From NCBI GenBank assembly GCA_013265495.1, contig MU058547.1, forward strand, positions 1 through 64,000: 64,000 bases of DNA, in the 5' to 3' direction. The stretch comes from Vicugna vicugna (taxonomy: Eukaryota). Every line of letters starts with the position of its first letter. Position 1 is the first letter of the stretch. Below the pieces are notes generated by a model. It did no database searches, was not told the DNA's origin, and saw nothing but the letters and a program-made list of their open reading frames with translations. Below are positions 37,750-51,740 of this stretch, piece after piece. The position numbers were made by a program, and so were the translations under genes.

Positions 37750-38352
37750 AGGGTGCAGCCACTTTAGAAAATAGTTTGGCAGTTTCTCAAAAAGTTAAAT
37801 GTGGAGTTATTATATGACCCAGCAATTTCACTCTAAGGTATATACATGAGAGAAGTGAAAACATGTTCATACAAAAACCTGTACATGAGTGTTCTTAGCA
37901 GCATTATTCATAAGAGCCAAAATGTGGAAACAACTGAGATGTCTGTCAACTGATAAATGGATTAAGAAATGTGCTATATCCATATAATGGAATATTTTTC
38001 ATCCATGAAAAGGAATTAAGTATGGATAAATGTTGAAACATGGATGAACATTTAAAATTATGATTTTTTAATTTTAAAAGAAGCCAGACCCAAAAGACCA
38101 TCCATTGTATGATTCTGTTTAAATGAAATGTCCAGAATAGGCCGATTCATAAACACAGAAAGTAGGTTAGTGGTTGCTGGGGGCTGGGGCTGGGGAATTG
38201 GGAGTGACTGATTATGGGTGTGGCGCTTCTTTCTGAGGTAAGGAAAATGTTCTGGAGTTAGATAGTGGTGGTGGTCATACAACCTTATGAAAACCACTGG
38301 ATTTTACATTTTAAGAGAGTAAATTTTATGGCATGTGAATTACATCTCAAAA
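37750..38352 (+). mobile_element. Old L1MB/MC-like 3' fragment
   Basis: gacccagcaatttcactct...gcagcattattcataagagccaaaa...gtgaattacatctcaa. Confidence 0.8.
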
Positions 38353-40229
38353 ATTTTTATTCCTTATTTCTTATTTCTTTTTTATGGTGGTAAATTAAAC
38401 ATTTTAGAGTAAATTTTTAAAGTTTAGTCTGTTATAAAATAAGTCTAACGTACTAAAAAAAAAAGAGTAAAACATTCATGCACCAGCCACTCAGCTTAAA
38501 AAATTAAATATTATCCAGAAATTGACACAACACTGTAAACTGACTATACTTCAATAATATATATATATATAAAATTAAACATTATCAATTCATCTGAAAT
38601 CCTCTATCTACACATCCATGATCACATTTCCCTTGCTTCACACCCAAAGGGAACCACTGTCCTGAATTTGTATTTATTATTCCTTAAGCTATTTTTAGTA
38701 TTGTTATGCATGATCTTAAATATTATTTAAATAGCATTGTAATATATCTGACTTTAATCCATTCATTTCCACTGCCAGATGTCATTCCATTATATGACTA
38801 TATTACCATTTACTTGTTTATTCTTCTCCTGATAGACATTTGAGTTGTTCCCAGGGAGTTTTGTCAATCTGTTAGGTGCATTATGGTTTTAGGTAGCAGT
38901 TAGCTCTCTTATTATTAGTGAGGTTGAGCATTTTTGTGTGCTTTGATTCATTCATATTTTCTCTTCTTTAAATTGCCTGTTTATGTATTTTGCCTGTTTT
39001 AATAATGGGGTTATTTGCCTATGTAAAATATTTTTAGAGTAAATCTTTTTTTTATAAAACAGCTTTATTGAAATATACTTTACAGATCATAAAATAATGT
39101 TTTAAATATAATTCAGATTTTTCCATAAATTTACAGAGTTGTGAAAACATCACCACAGTACAGCTTTAAAGCATTTTCATCACCCCAAAAAGACCTCTTT
39201 GTCCCTATTTACAGTCTTCCCACCCCCAATCCCCGAGCAACCACTAGTCTGCCTTTATCTCTATGGACTTGCCTTTTGTGGATATTTTGCATGAGAGAAT
39301 CATGCAGTATGTGTTCTTTTGTGACTGACTTCTCCCCCTTAGCATCATGTTTCTGAGAGTCATCCAGGTTGCTGCATATATCAATATTTTGTCCCTTTTA
39401 TTGCTAAGTAATATTTCATTTTATGAATGTATACCATATTTTGTTTATTTGTCATGAGTTGATGGACATTTGGATGTAGAGTAAATCTTTTTCTAGACAG
39501 CTTTATGAGATATATTTTACATATTCATCCATTTACAGTATGCAAAATTATAAAATAGCCAGGTGTGGAATGTTAGAAAGACTTGAAAGTGCTGGTGGGG
39601 GTAGGACTAATTATGACTAAGTTTTGATGTGGACCCCTCAGAGTATTCCATAGAAGTCAACAAATTGCTTTCAGAGGAAAAAGAAATCAAAGCAGCTTCT
39701 TTCTGACAAGTTAATTAGCCTCTAAAAACCAGAGAGATCGAGAAATAGTGAATCCTGCCATTTCTCCTATTCTTGCCCTCCCAAAGCGAGGGAAACCCTT
39801 CATAGTTTGGTGAACAGTTTGGCAAATTAAAAGCTTCCTGGAGAGGCAAGCAAAACATTAGTTTTTTGTAGACACTTGATTATGCACAAGGATTGGTACT
39901 GAAAGCAGGAAGGGGTGTAGAAGGGTAATTATTCTCTCTACAGGGTTTTGGCAACTCAGCTGCAGTGGAGAAACAAAGGAGATGTGTATGTTGGAGGAAA
40001 ATGGTAAACCCTGTATAAAATTTAGCAACAAAGAATATGTTGCCTTTACTAACTTTCTGCTGATACTAAGTTATAGAGTACAGCTCAACGCCGGGAAATA
40101 AGGAGAACATCTGGGATGGTTGAATTGATCCAGCAACTCACTTGGTAACAAGAAGGTGCAAGAGAGTGTTTAATTTTAGAGAGGCATTTTGGAACATTTC
40201 CAACTCTGGTTTTCTCTCTGTCTCTTCTT

Positions 40230-41110
40230 TTCTTTTTAACAGATTTATTGCCATGGAACTCACCTACCACACAGTTCACCCGTTTAGAGTGCTCAGTTCA
40301 ATGTTTTTGATACATTCGCAGGGTTGTGCAACCATCACAGCAACCTAATTTTGGAACATTTCTGCCCTCCCCTAAAAGGCCCCCATAACTATTAGCTGAT
40401 CCCATTCTCCCCACTTTGCGCCCAGCCCTATGCAACCGCTAATATAATTCCTGTCTTTATAGATTTGCCTATTCTGGACATTTCATATAAATGGAACATA
40501 TAATATGTGGTCTTTTGTAGTTGGCTCTCCACTTAGCATAATGTTTTTAAGATTCATCTTAAAGTATCGTGAAGCAGTACTGCATAGCTTTCAGTGCCAA
40601 ACAGTATTCTGTGGTATGGATCTACCACACTTTGTTACCTTTTTATCAGTTGATGGAAATTTGCATTCTTTCCACATTTTGGCTATTATGAGCAACGTTG
40701 CTGTGGACATTCATGTGCAGGTTTTGTGTGTATGTGTGTTGTCATTTCTCTTAGGTGCGCACCTAGGAGCAGAACTGCTGGATCTTTTGGTGACTGTTCA
40801 GTCTTTTGAAGTACTGCCAGATCCTTTTCCAAGGTGGCTGCACCGTTCTACTTTCCCACCAGCAATCTATGAGGATTCCAATTTATCGACATTGTGGCCT
40901 ACACTTGTCAATATCCTTTTAAAAAAAAACAAATAACGTTCCTAGTGGGAGTAAAGTAGTGGCTCATTGTGGTTTTGATTCACATTTCCCTAGTGGCTGA
41001 TGATGTTGAACAGCCTGTCATGTGCTCGTTGGCAAATTGCATGCCTGCCTTGGAGAAATTTCTGTTAAGATCCTTTACCCATTTTTAAATTGGGTTGCCT
41101 TTTTATCATT
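40230..41110 (-). mobile_element. Old L1M 3' fragment
   Basis: gttgtgcaaccatcac...tttgcctattctggacatttcatataaatgg...ttcccaccagcaat. Confidence 0.8.
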
Positions 41111-44100
41111 GGTGGGTTGCAGAATGGGGCTCACTCTCACCAACAGCTCCAAAGAAATCCTCCTTGTCAGTCTCCCCTCAGTCTCCACACCTTTGGTCTT
41201 TCCTGCCCTCTTTCTGAATGAGGAGCTTTTATAGTTTTGTTCTCACCATAGTCTGGTATCCTTCTTTGGAGTTTTAAGTCTGTTTAAGTCTATGGCACCT
41301 TGCTTGACATTTCCAATTTAACGTCTTATGTCACCTGTGTGATGACAGTTGTCCATCTGGCTGCCATCTCAGTCTAATTGCAGGGCCCCTTAATTTCTCA
41401 GAGCCAGTTTCATCTTTGTTTTATACAGTCCTGATCAGACTGCTTATCTGATTTTTAAGACCATAGCAGAATTAAAAGTAACAAATTAGAAGTTAGACTA
41501 ACTAAGGGACAAAGACAAGAGTAGAGGAGCAAGAAAAGAGAGAAAAAAATACCCTCAAAGGGCATATATTTGAAAAGCAGAGTAAGTTGGGGCTGGTATG
41601 TTCAGTATACTTCATTTAAAAAGGCAGGGATTGCATATAACTCATTTTAGAGATATTTCCTTCCAAAAGAGTTAAAACATAAATACATTTTATATTTAAA
41701 GGAATAAACTCTCAGCTCTGTGAATGAAAATTTTATGGCAGGACAATTACAAGGGAAGGCCTTTTTACACTGGCATCCTTCACACACAGCAGGGAGTGGA
41801 GTGGCGTAGCCTGGTGGGCCAGCTGGAAAGTTCTCAGCAAGACAAGTGTATACACAGGTGTTGTCGGATTGAATTGAAAACTCGGAGTAGCACCTTATAC
41901 TTCATCTGCATAAATAATTCACATCATTTCTATGTGTGTGTACCTTATTTCTGGTAAAAATTATCTAAGCCAAAAAGTGATGTGCAGCTCCAATAGCTTT
42001 TAGTCCGATGGCTTCCCATTCTGTCTTCCTTCTGCCTCTGAGTGTCTGGGCCCAGTCTCCAGAATGCTTGCATGCTTTTGTCCTCCCTGGTGTGAGGGGG
42101 ATTAATGTTTTTTCTTTGCCTGGAGAGGTGAAGAGAGGCCCAGATTGCACAGAGGTTGGTTCTGGGTAGGAAAGGGTAAAAGAATTCCAGTTCTTTCTGA
42201 TTTGGACCTTTTCTTGCTCTTAAGGGAACTGGCCAGAACCTGATACTGGAGGCAGAGGGATGTTACTTTTAGTATTCCTCTCAGTGCTTGCTCAAGGCCC
42301 CCCGAAGGCAGAAAGTTTAGGGTAGGAAAGTCTGCGAGGTACCTAATTGGTTTATTTTCTACAGTCTCATTTCCATTTTTTCTCTGTGTTTCCTGAGTAA
42401 GGGAGTCTTGACTTTAATTATCCAAGTCTTTCCCTCCCCCATCTAATCTTTTTTTTTTCAAAATTTTCTTTTTTTTAAACTTTTTTTATTGAGTTATAGT
42501 CATTTTACAATGCCGCCCCATCTATCTTAATGAATTTCTAATTAAAGTTTCTCTGTCAGATTGACTGGTGGACTCCTCCTTCTGAATTTTTAATTATTTG
42601 TGTAGAATTAATTAGAATATTACAATCTTAGAGCTGGAAGGAACTTTAGAAATAATTTAGTATAACCCCTCTTTTTTTTTAAGTAGACTTTATTTTTTAG
42701 AGCAGTTTTAGGTTCACAGAAAAATTGAGTGGAAAGTACAGAGAGTTCCTATGTATTCTCTGCCCTCACATGTGCACAGCCTCTCCCACTATCAATAGCC
42801 CACCTCAGGTGGTGTATTTGTTACAGCTGATGAACTTACACTGACATGTCAATATCATCATAAGTCCATAGTTTACATTGAGGTTCACCCCCTCATATGG
42901 TACATTCTTTGGATTTTGACAAATTAATCCCTCATTTTATAGTAAAGGAAACAAAATCCAAAAGACTGTGAAGTCATTCTAGTGAGTGGCAGAGCTGGTC
43001 CAGTATCCGGGACCAGTATTTCTTTCTGTCTTTCTCTCGCTCGCTTTCTTTGTATAGAAAAGATAATATTTATACATGGTACAAATTTAACAAGTGCAAA
43101 AGGCTCTCCAATGAAGAGTTAATCTCCTTTCCACCTGTGGCCCCTCCCTAAAGGCAATCATTCTTTCTGGATGTTTTCATCTCCTATTGAACTGTGACCT
43201 TGAATAACATGGAAAGGGCTATAAGAAGTATCCTTCAGGGATGTGGAGATTCAAGCATTAGATTTTCTAAGTGTTTCAGTTCGGATTCTGTGGTATCCCG
43301 CAGTGAAAAGCAGCTGACCATTTGAGTCAAATGGACCTAGGTTGGAATTTGGCTCCAGGGTTGACTATCCATGTGACTTTAGGTGACCTAAATTTGACAC
43401 CTTGAGTTGCAGGTGGATAAATAATGTAAATTTTGGTAGGTTCATTACATTCATTAGCACATAATAGGTGTTCAAAAACCTGTCAGTTCCCTTTCAGTTC
43501 AGGAAACCTCTCTTTTAGAAAGACAATTTGAAGCATTATGCTCTGAAAGCATGCGTAGTGCAAAATACTATATTAAGTAACAGCCTGGTTGGTTCTTTTG
43601 CTTCTCGCAAGTCTTAATTAAACTCAGTAAATGCATTAGAAGTTCTGGAACACTGCTATCAAAAGGATCACTGTGATATTTTGAAGGCAGCATTTGACTA
43701 GTTTAATCTTCAGCAGGAATAAAATCAAGTTCCAGCCTGTACTGACTTTCAACGTTAGGATTCAGTCAGCTTGACTGTGGACAGGCTCATCATGTTTGTA
43801 TTTCCATACACGTACAATCCTGCTGAAGATAAGGCCATACATTAAGAAAACTGTTTCATTTACAGTAGCATCAACAGGAATAAAATATTTGGGAGTAAAT
43901 TTAACATTTGCATATGGCTGTATATTTTACAAAATATTTTAATATGAATTGTCTTAACTGATCCTCATGCTAAAAACTTAATGCTTACATTGTACATGAG
44001 GAAACTGGGACCTAGAGAGGTTTAAATGTCTTATCCACGTACAGTCACTTAATATGTGGCTTTGGGCAATCACGTAGGTGGCAGAAGCAAAATTCACAGC

Positions 44101-45790
44101 CACCTTTCCTGATTCCTGACTTCCCAGTTCTCTTTCAAGTCCTCTTCCACAACCTCTAAGGGATGTATTTAGCAATGTCATGGAAGCCTATGAAATGGGC
44201 ATGTGAGGGCTGCTTTCAGTTTTGTTTTGCTTTGAAACAGAAACACATGTTTATTCTTAATACTCTTGACCATTTTGAGTCCTCCAAATTTTTCCTCTCT
44301 TTTTAAATTCAAATTTCCAGTCAATCTTTCCAGAGAAATTCAGTCCTCCAGACAATGAAGATAGATGCAGAACAAGCCAATATAATAAAATCAAGCCTTC
44401 TCTCTCTTCCATGGCTGGAGTTCTGTGATTCTGTTTAGTTAATTTACACTGATTGAATACCTTCTAGCAACAGCTTGAAGAAGACAAAAAAATGAAAATA
44501 GAGAGGGCACTGTAACTTCCCCACAAAAATAGAGCTTTTAAGAAAGTAAACAGCAGTCAATCTGCTTTGTTCGTTCATTTTTTGATTCAGTTAATCACTC
44601 ACCAGAAAATGTACAAAAGTACCTACTGAATGGCAGACATTCTGCTCGGTTTACCGATACAGAAATGATTAAGAGCCAGCCACTGCCTTTAAGGAGCTCC
44701 TAGTCGGGCAAATAGTTACAGTAGTGTGTGATCTGTAGTTAAGAGTATCCAGAAACATGCCTCTCTCACTTGTTAGAGCAGCAGTCCTCTACAATTTAGA
44801 TGAAGGGTTGTAAAGCTTAACCATGGACGCCTCTTCTCATGGTTGGCCCTGTAATAGGAAGCCAAGATGCATCCAGGAAGGAACGTGGAACCCCCAGAAA
44901 GGAACGAGGAAATCTCCAGGCTGCCAGTAGGGTCACTGGTGCCCGTCTGTCTCCTTGTCTAATCTGTTCTGAACCGCTTTGGTTGTCCTAGATCCATACT
45001 GGTCTCTTATGTTGCCCCTCAGCACCGTCCTACACGTTTATCCTGAAAAAGCCATAGGCAGATATGGAGATTTCTTCAAAGCACCATTTCACCTACTCTC
45101 AGAGAGGCTTCTTCACATGAAAGAATTCAAAAGGTACTCTGAGAGCCTGTCTCTCCCTTCCCTGCTTCAGCTTTCCCATCTCTTGGTATTTTGTTTGGTG
45201 ATACCTCGTTGTACAGATACCTTAGGTAGCCAGAAAACAACCTTTCAGCTAAACAGGATTTCATCTTTAAAGTACTAACTCCAGAACCAGTGGAGCAGAA
45301 AGCATGTGGGAAGGGTTAGAAATTTGTTACATCTTGGCCAGGTAGGTTCAGTGTTTTAAAAAATTTTGAGTGAGGCGGGGATGGTTCATTTTTTTCAACT
45401 AGTCTTACCTCTTCACGGCTGAGTTACCAGAAAACTATAGAAGACAATGAGCAAGCTTGCAAACAAGTCAGAGAATGCTAGAGCAGATAGAACAGAGCTT
45501 TAAAGCTTGATTAATCCAATCTCTTTGTTTTCCAGATAAGGAAACTGAGACTCAGAGAAGTCAATTGTTTTGTGTTAAGCCTCTGAACTGGTCAGTAGAA
45601 GTATTTCCAAACAGCCCTATGTGAAACTTACCCAAAAGTTAAACTGCTAAAAAAAGAAAACTTCCAAAAGATATGAAAATATTTATCACAGGTAGGAGTA
45701 ATATATCAAGTATTAGATTACATTTTGGAACTTGAATTCAGACCCCGCTTTGCCTCCTAGTGAGCAAGGAAGAACACCCTCAGCTTGAAA

Positions 45791-45921
45791 GGGGTGGGGT
45801 GTAGCTCAGTGATAGAGTGCATGCTTAGCATGCATGAGGTCCTGGGTTCAATCCCCAGCACCTCCTCTAAGAATAAACAAACAAGCAAACCTAATTACCT
45901 CCCCCCACCAAAAAGAAAGAA
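45791..45921 (+). mobile_element. Camelid tRNA-derived SINE
   Basis: gtgtagctcagtgatagagtgcatgcttagcatgcatgaggtcctgggttcaatcccc plus tail. Confidence 0.9.
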
Positions 45922-48900
45922 AGATACTGCACATAAGCACAGTCTTAGGAAATTCCACAACATGCGATGTTAGGGCACAGAGACAGGGCAGTAGGGCCCT
46001 CCCCTCGGTGGGGCAGGAAAAGCTTACCTGTTGTGCCTTCATTCTTCTTCAGGTGGTACTGTCAGCAGCCTAGCGTGCAGGAGCCTGGAAGGAACTGGCC
46101 CCAACAATTTTTTTTTCTATATGTGGTCTGACTTATTGGAAGGATTCTTTTTCCCTAGGGCATTTGATCACTGTCAGTGCTGGCACCAAGAGATCACAGT
46201 GCAGCACTGACTGAATTAGTCTAGCCTCCCATGTCCCTTTATGGGTCACTAAACTCGATACAAGTCAATGATATGGGGTGTCCACCTTAAGGGAGAAGTA
46301 ACCAGATTCCACTTTGGGATTGTAAGTAGAAGGTGATGTTGGATGTCAGGTGCGACCAAACTGTTAACCTGAATATGAGTTCAGTGTGAGGCAAGAGACT
46401 GGAAGAGGGAGCTGTTGTTGGAAAGGACTGCTTACCCCGTGGCCTTGGAGATCTACCAGAAGACTTGGTAGAAGGGGCTGAGTAAGACTCAGTAGGAGGA
46501 AGGGGTGGTACAGAAGCTGCTGTCCAAGGTGCCACTTGGAAATTCAGCCTTACTTGGCAGAGGTTGCAAGAATAGGGCTGTTAACAGCCAGACAAGCTAG
46601 GATCTACTGATTCCGAGGAGGGACAGCTGGATAAAGTTGTTATGAGTTAGGAACTGAAACAATAAAAATATTATGCACAAGGGTAGGTCAGTATTGGGAG
46701 GTCATGGGGTACATGCTTTGTTCTTTTTTACATTGTGGTGAAATACGTATAACATAAACCTTACCATGTTAACCATGCTGTAATTCAGTGGTATTCAGAG
46801 TGCTGCACAGCCATCACTACTGTCTCGTTCCAGAACTTTTTCTTCACCCCAAATGGAAACCCTGTAGCCATTAAGCAGTCAGTCCCCATTCCTCCCTCCC
46901 CTCAACCTGGCAACTTCTAATCTGCTTCCTGTCTTTATGTACTGTGCGTGGATCTTATGTCAGACAGATCTGGGTTCATCCTGGCCCTGCCATCTACTAA
47001 CAGTCTACCTTTGCTCACCTAACTTTGCTTCTCTGAGCCTCAGTTTTCCACAGCTTTAGGATGAGAACAAAATGCTTAACTTGCAGTACTTTTGTGAGAA
47101 TTGATTGTATGTTTAATGTTTAGCTGAATGCCTGATTCATTCTTGAATGGCCAAGCAATAAGTGGTAGTTATCGTTTGCTTTATAAAAGCAGTAACAGTG
47201 GGGTTCCTTTAAATTATATACTACTGCTTTTTCACCAAAAATTTGAGTAACACAACTTAATCATCTATTCTTACAGATGCTGAAGTAGGGAACTTGACTG
47301 TTGCCTTCCAAGCTAGTTGAAGAGCTCAGAGACAACTATATATTCAAGGATTGAATATATGTTACCAGCTTTAAAATGCTGCTGGTATTTAGAGGAGAAA
47401 ACTCATTAATGGTGGTTAGATGCTTAATGAATATTTGAATTAGAGAATGATTGAATGAGCAGTGGAGAAGTTAAATAATATAGCAAGTCTGTGGAAGAAG
47501 GAGAAGTTGAGTTGGGTCAATTTAATAAGTACCACTGCCTGTCTTTCGTCTATAAAATGCAACCTGGTCATTAGAATGCAGAGCAACCCCTAAGTGGATA
47601 AAAGAACTGGATTTTGGTGATTGCTTTTAGATGGCCAGTCCAAAACTTTTGGAAAATAGATATACTTCCATAAGGATGTTTAAAAAGAGGTAGATTGGGG
47701 CTGAGTACAAGGAGACATTTTAACTATTAATGTTGGAAGGGAGGTGACAATCCTGCGTGTGTCAAGTGGAGGCCATTCAAGTTCTTTGAGATATTGAGAA
47801 AGCTTATTGATCAGTTTGAGCCAAAGGGGACTTTAAATCTTTCCACTTTGAAAAAAAAAAATCCCCATTTCTCTGTTCTTATCTGTGAATTTAATGGATT
47901 TTTAGTTGATGAATTGATAAGAGTTATTCTTAATTTCTCTCTTTCCACATGTTCTTCCCCTCATCACTTTCTATCCCTTTAACCTGTTTTTCTTCATAGC
48001 ACTTGTCACTATCAGATATGTATTTATTGTTTATTTTCTGGCCCCTCAGTAGAATGTATGCTCCTTTCAAGCAGCTAATTTGTTTCCCATTGTATCCACA
48101 GCTCCACAGATGTGTCTAGTACACAATTGGCACACAGTACACATATGTTGAACCTTTATATAAAAATGAATAACATATATATATAAATAGCTGCAGTTTT
48201 TTCTATTCCTTGTAAGAAAATACAGAAAAGTATAAGAAGAGAATTGAAAAATTGGAGGAGTTGATCAACGAGAAGATGTAACTCTGAGAGATGTGCTTGA
48301 TTTGAATTTGTGTTAAAGTTTGAGATGCTTTGGCCTGACTAAGGCAGTATAATGGAGATTTAACTCCGTTTGTTTTGTTTTTTACACAAAAGATGCTGGT
48401 AAGGAAGGATGGCTCCACAGGGATTACCTCCAGGAATACACAATCCAGAGCCTAACAATGGGCCCTTGCTAAGTTATCTGAGAGAATCTCTTTTCTGCCT
48501 CCTGTAATTGGTGATACCATAATTAGGCCTGCGCATTACTTCTGAACCCTGCCATACGTGCACCTCATTTAGCTGGGCTTACGGAGATTACATCATGCAC
48601 AGGAAGCTGGCTTCTTGGTTATCAGGCTCCACAGAGGAGCTGGGAGGCTTAAGGAGCGTGAAAAATTAGGGTTGATTTAAAGGGGCAGGGTTCCCTGGAA
48701 AAGCACAGAGGTTTTTCCAGCTTGTGCCTCCATGACCTTTAATTTCCTATCAACAGCACTGATACCTGCCTCAATACTCTTTCTGTAAATTAGGGCCTCT
48801 TTCAGTTTCCTTTTCCTCATCCTTTAAAATAGGACTGCTGATACAGACTGTGAGATTGTTATAATTTTAACGAGCTAACTCTTGAAAGACTCTAACATAG

Positions 48901-49140
48901 TGCTTGGAAGATAAAAATCCTAGCACAGTTCCTGGAATATGTACTAAGAGTATAATTATTGTCAGTTCCTCTTCTTTCTTCTTTTATCATGATCACTGTC
49001 TACACTGTCAGGTTTTAATTAATTCATTATGACAGAATTACATTTTAAAATCCTATTGTGTTTGGAGTTTTGAATAGCATTTTGGTACTTGGTGAGATAC
49101 TTTAAATTATCCACCTCACCTAATGATGATGATGGTGATG

Positions 49141-49142
<2 letters not shown>

Positions 49143-49204
<62 letters not shown>

Positions 49205-49205
49205 T
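49143..49205. repeat. (AAT)n microsatellite, about 20 units
   Basis: Direct reading. Confidence 0.97.
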
Positions 49206-49965
49206 TGGTTTACTTGTTTTATTCTTCCTGTTATAGAACACAAGCAATAGAGAGAATGTTCATTCATTTTTATTTTGACTGCAGTGCCTAGAGCAGTACT
49301 TTGATTCCAGTAGGTATTCCCAAAAGTTTGTTGCATCCTTTTTGAAAGGTACAACTAAAAATATTTAACATAATTATTGTTAATAAAAACCAGCATCCTC
49401 ACACACTTAACTTTGTTAAAGCCTATGCCGATCTAAGTGCACAGCGTAATTTCTTTGAACCTTTACTGAACTGGAGCGAATAGGACATGCCTGTGTGGCA
49501 GCTACATCTTAAGAATGACAGATCTAGAGCAAGCTATGTTTTGTTTTGCTTCATTTTCTTTCAAATCTAGTTTTAAGCTTTTCTATTTGGTGGTAATTGT
49601 TTGTTAGTCCCTAACAGCAGGGCCTTCAGCAATAAGATAATTATTGTATAGATGAATAATAGATGGGGAGACTTGGAGGTACTCAGAAGGAGGAAAGGAA
49701 GGGGTCAGAAAGCGGGTTTCCTTACCCAGTTCAGCTGGCAGTTCAGGCTGCACACACCAAAGGGCGCTGTTCCCTGTCAGTCTCCCTGTGTTTCAGCCTG
49801 TCTGCCCATCTCAGATGGTTTCCTTAGCCTTAGAGCTAAAATTGTTCCCCCTAGGACTGGAGTGTTGCCTAAGATAAGACTGCAAGCCCTGCTAATAAGT
49901 ATGTGGCACTTAATTCCCACTCCTCTGGCCTTGCGCTCATGGTACCACCATGTCCTTTTCTCTAG

Positions 49966-50053
49966 GTGCACGTTTTGGTGGATTCCCTGCTTCCTGTCCT
50001 GGGAGTGCTCTTCTCTCTCTACTGTTTACCAAGCAGGGTGTGTCTCACATAAG
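49966..50053 (+). pseudogene. TANGO6: TANGO6 exon 8 (24-bp and 1-bp deletions, donor GT>GG)
   Basis: tag|[29 protein letters not shown]|ggaaac versus recalled [38 protein letters not shown]. Confidence 0.88.
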
Positions 50054-51467
50054 GGAAACAATCTAGAGAACCTTATTATTTGTGCATAGTGAAGTCATTC
50101 TTGCATGTTGTTCTTGTTCTTATTTTGAACGTGACTTACGCCACTTTGTAATTTCTTTTTCTTTCAAAGTCAGGAAAACATTTGACAGTCCTTTATTCCA
50201 CTCATCTAGAAAAGAGAGCTCTGCCGATTGCAGGGGATTGGATCTAGTTTATAGAATGACTTTCCTCGGCCTCTGTCTTGTACATCAGAGGTGAAATCTC
50301 AGTTCACATGTATAAACATGCCCCTGTTTGATCAGTCACGAATACTGGAATTACATGTCTAGGAAGGAGGAAGTAGAGATTGGATGATAACTACCTTGTG
50401 AGGAGTTAGAGGGTGAGTTGGGGGAGTCTGGATCTGAAAGTGGCACTCTGTAATGTAGGCTTGCATTTGGTGTTAGTGCTGTACAGTGTTGTTTAGACTG
50501 AAGGCATTTCTTAGTCATTCAGAAAATAATCTTTCGTATCGGAATTTAAGGAGGACTCGTTTTGTATCAGCTCTATTTTCGGAGCGATTTATGTTGTTTC
50601 TTCCTCCTTGTAAGACTTTATGTCCTTTCAAAAGTCCTATAGAATTCTGACTTTGGGTATTTGGAAGTCCCCCATGTGTAATCTCATAACCAATGATAGT
50701 ATCTTCTTCCATGGGATTGTTATGAAGACTTGACTGCACATTAAAGTGTTTAGCATTGTCTCTGGCAGATAGTAAGCTCAATAAATGGCCACTATCATCA
50801 TCATCAAGTGGTGAAGGGAAGTACTCAGTCTTGCGTATTATTCGAAGCTTGCTTGTTGCCTTTGACTCTCTAACTTTTGGCAGCCCATCACTGAAGCCCA
50901 CAGCTCTGAGGGAAGTGACAAGAGAAAGTGCAGTGGAAATGGAGGCTATAAATATGTGACTTTTGAAGACCATTCATATAATAACTCTTATTTTAGTTTT
51001 GAAATCCCTTCCTCATTAGAGGCTGAGACGGAAGACATACACGTTTACTCCATTCCTCTCCTGGCTGATTGGCACAGATAAGTGGGGATAAGGAGCCAGC
51101 AAGAGTTTGTTGGTCTGCTGTTTCTTGGTCACCAGTTCTTGGTACCATTGAACGCAGGTGATTTTATCAGTGTAAACTTTCACAGTGCCTGATCCAAAGG
51201 CAGTCAGTACACTTGAATTAAAAAATCATGTGAGGCTCACGTGTCATATCAGGGCTGCGTCTAGAGCCAAGGATTCGTTAGTCACTCGTTGAATTTTAGG
51301 GTATTTGCATTCTGAAATTCACTAGAAGCATCGTTTCCACTCCTGTGCTTCAGTAGTGCTAGGTGAATTGTGCCAGCGTTTGGAATGCATGGAACCTGAC
51401 AGTCATTCTTTCTTTTTTTATGTCACCTTGTTAGACGTGTAGAGTAAGATGACAAGCTCATTTATAA

Positions 51468-51740
<273 letters not shown>

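Noticed and set aside
49142..49354. Poly-Tyr ORF
   Set aside because: Translation of the (AAT)n microsatellite
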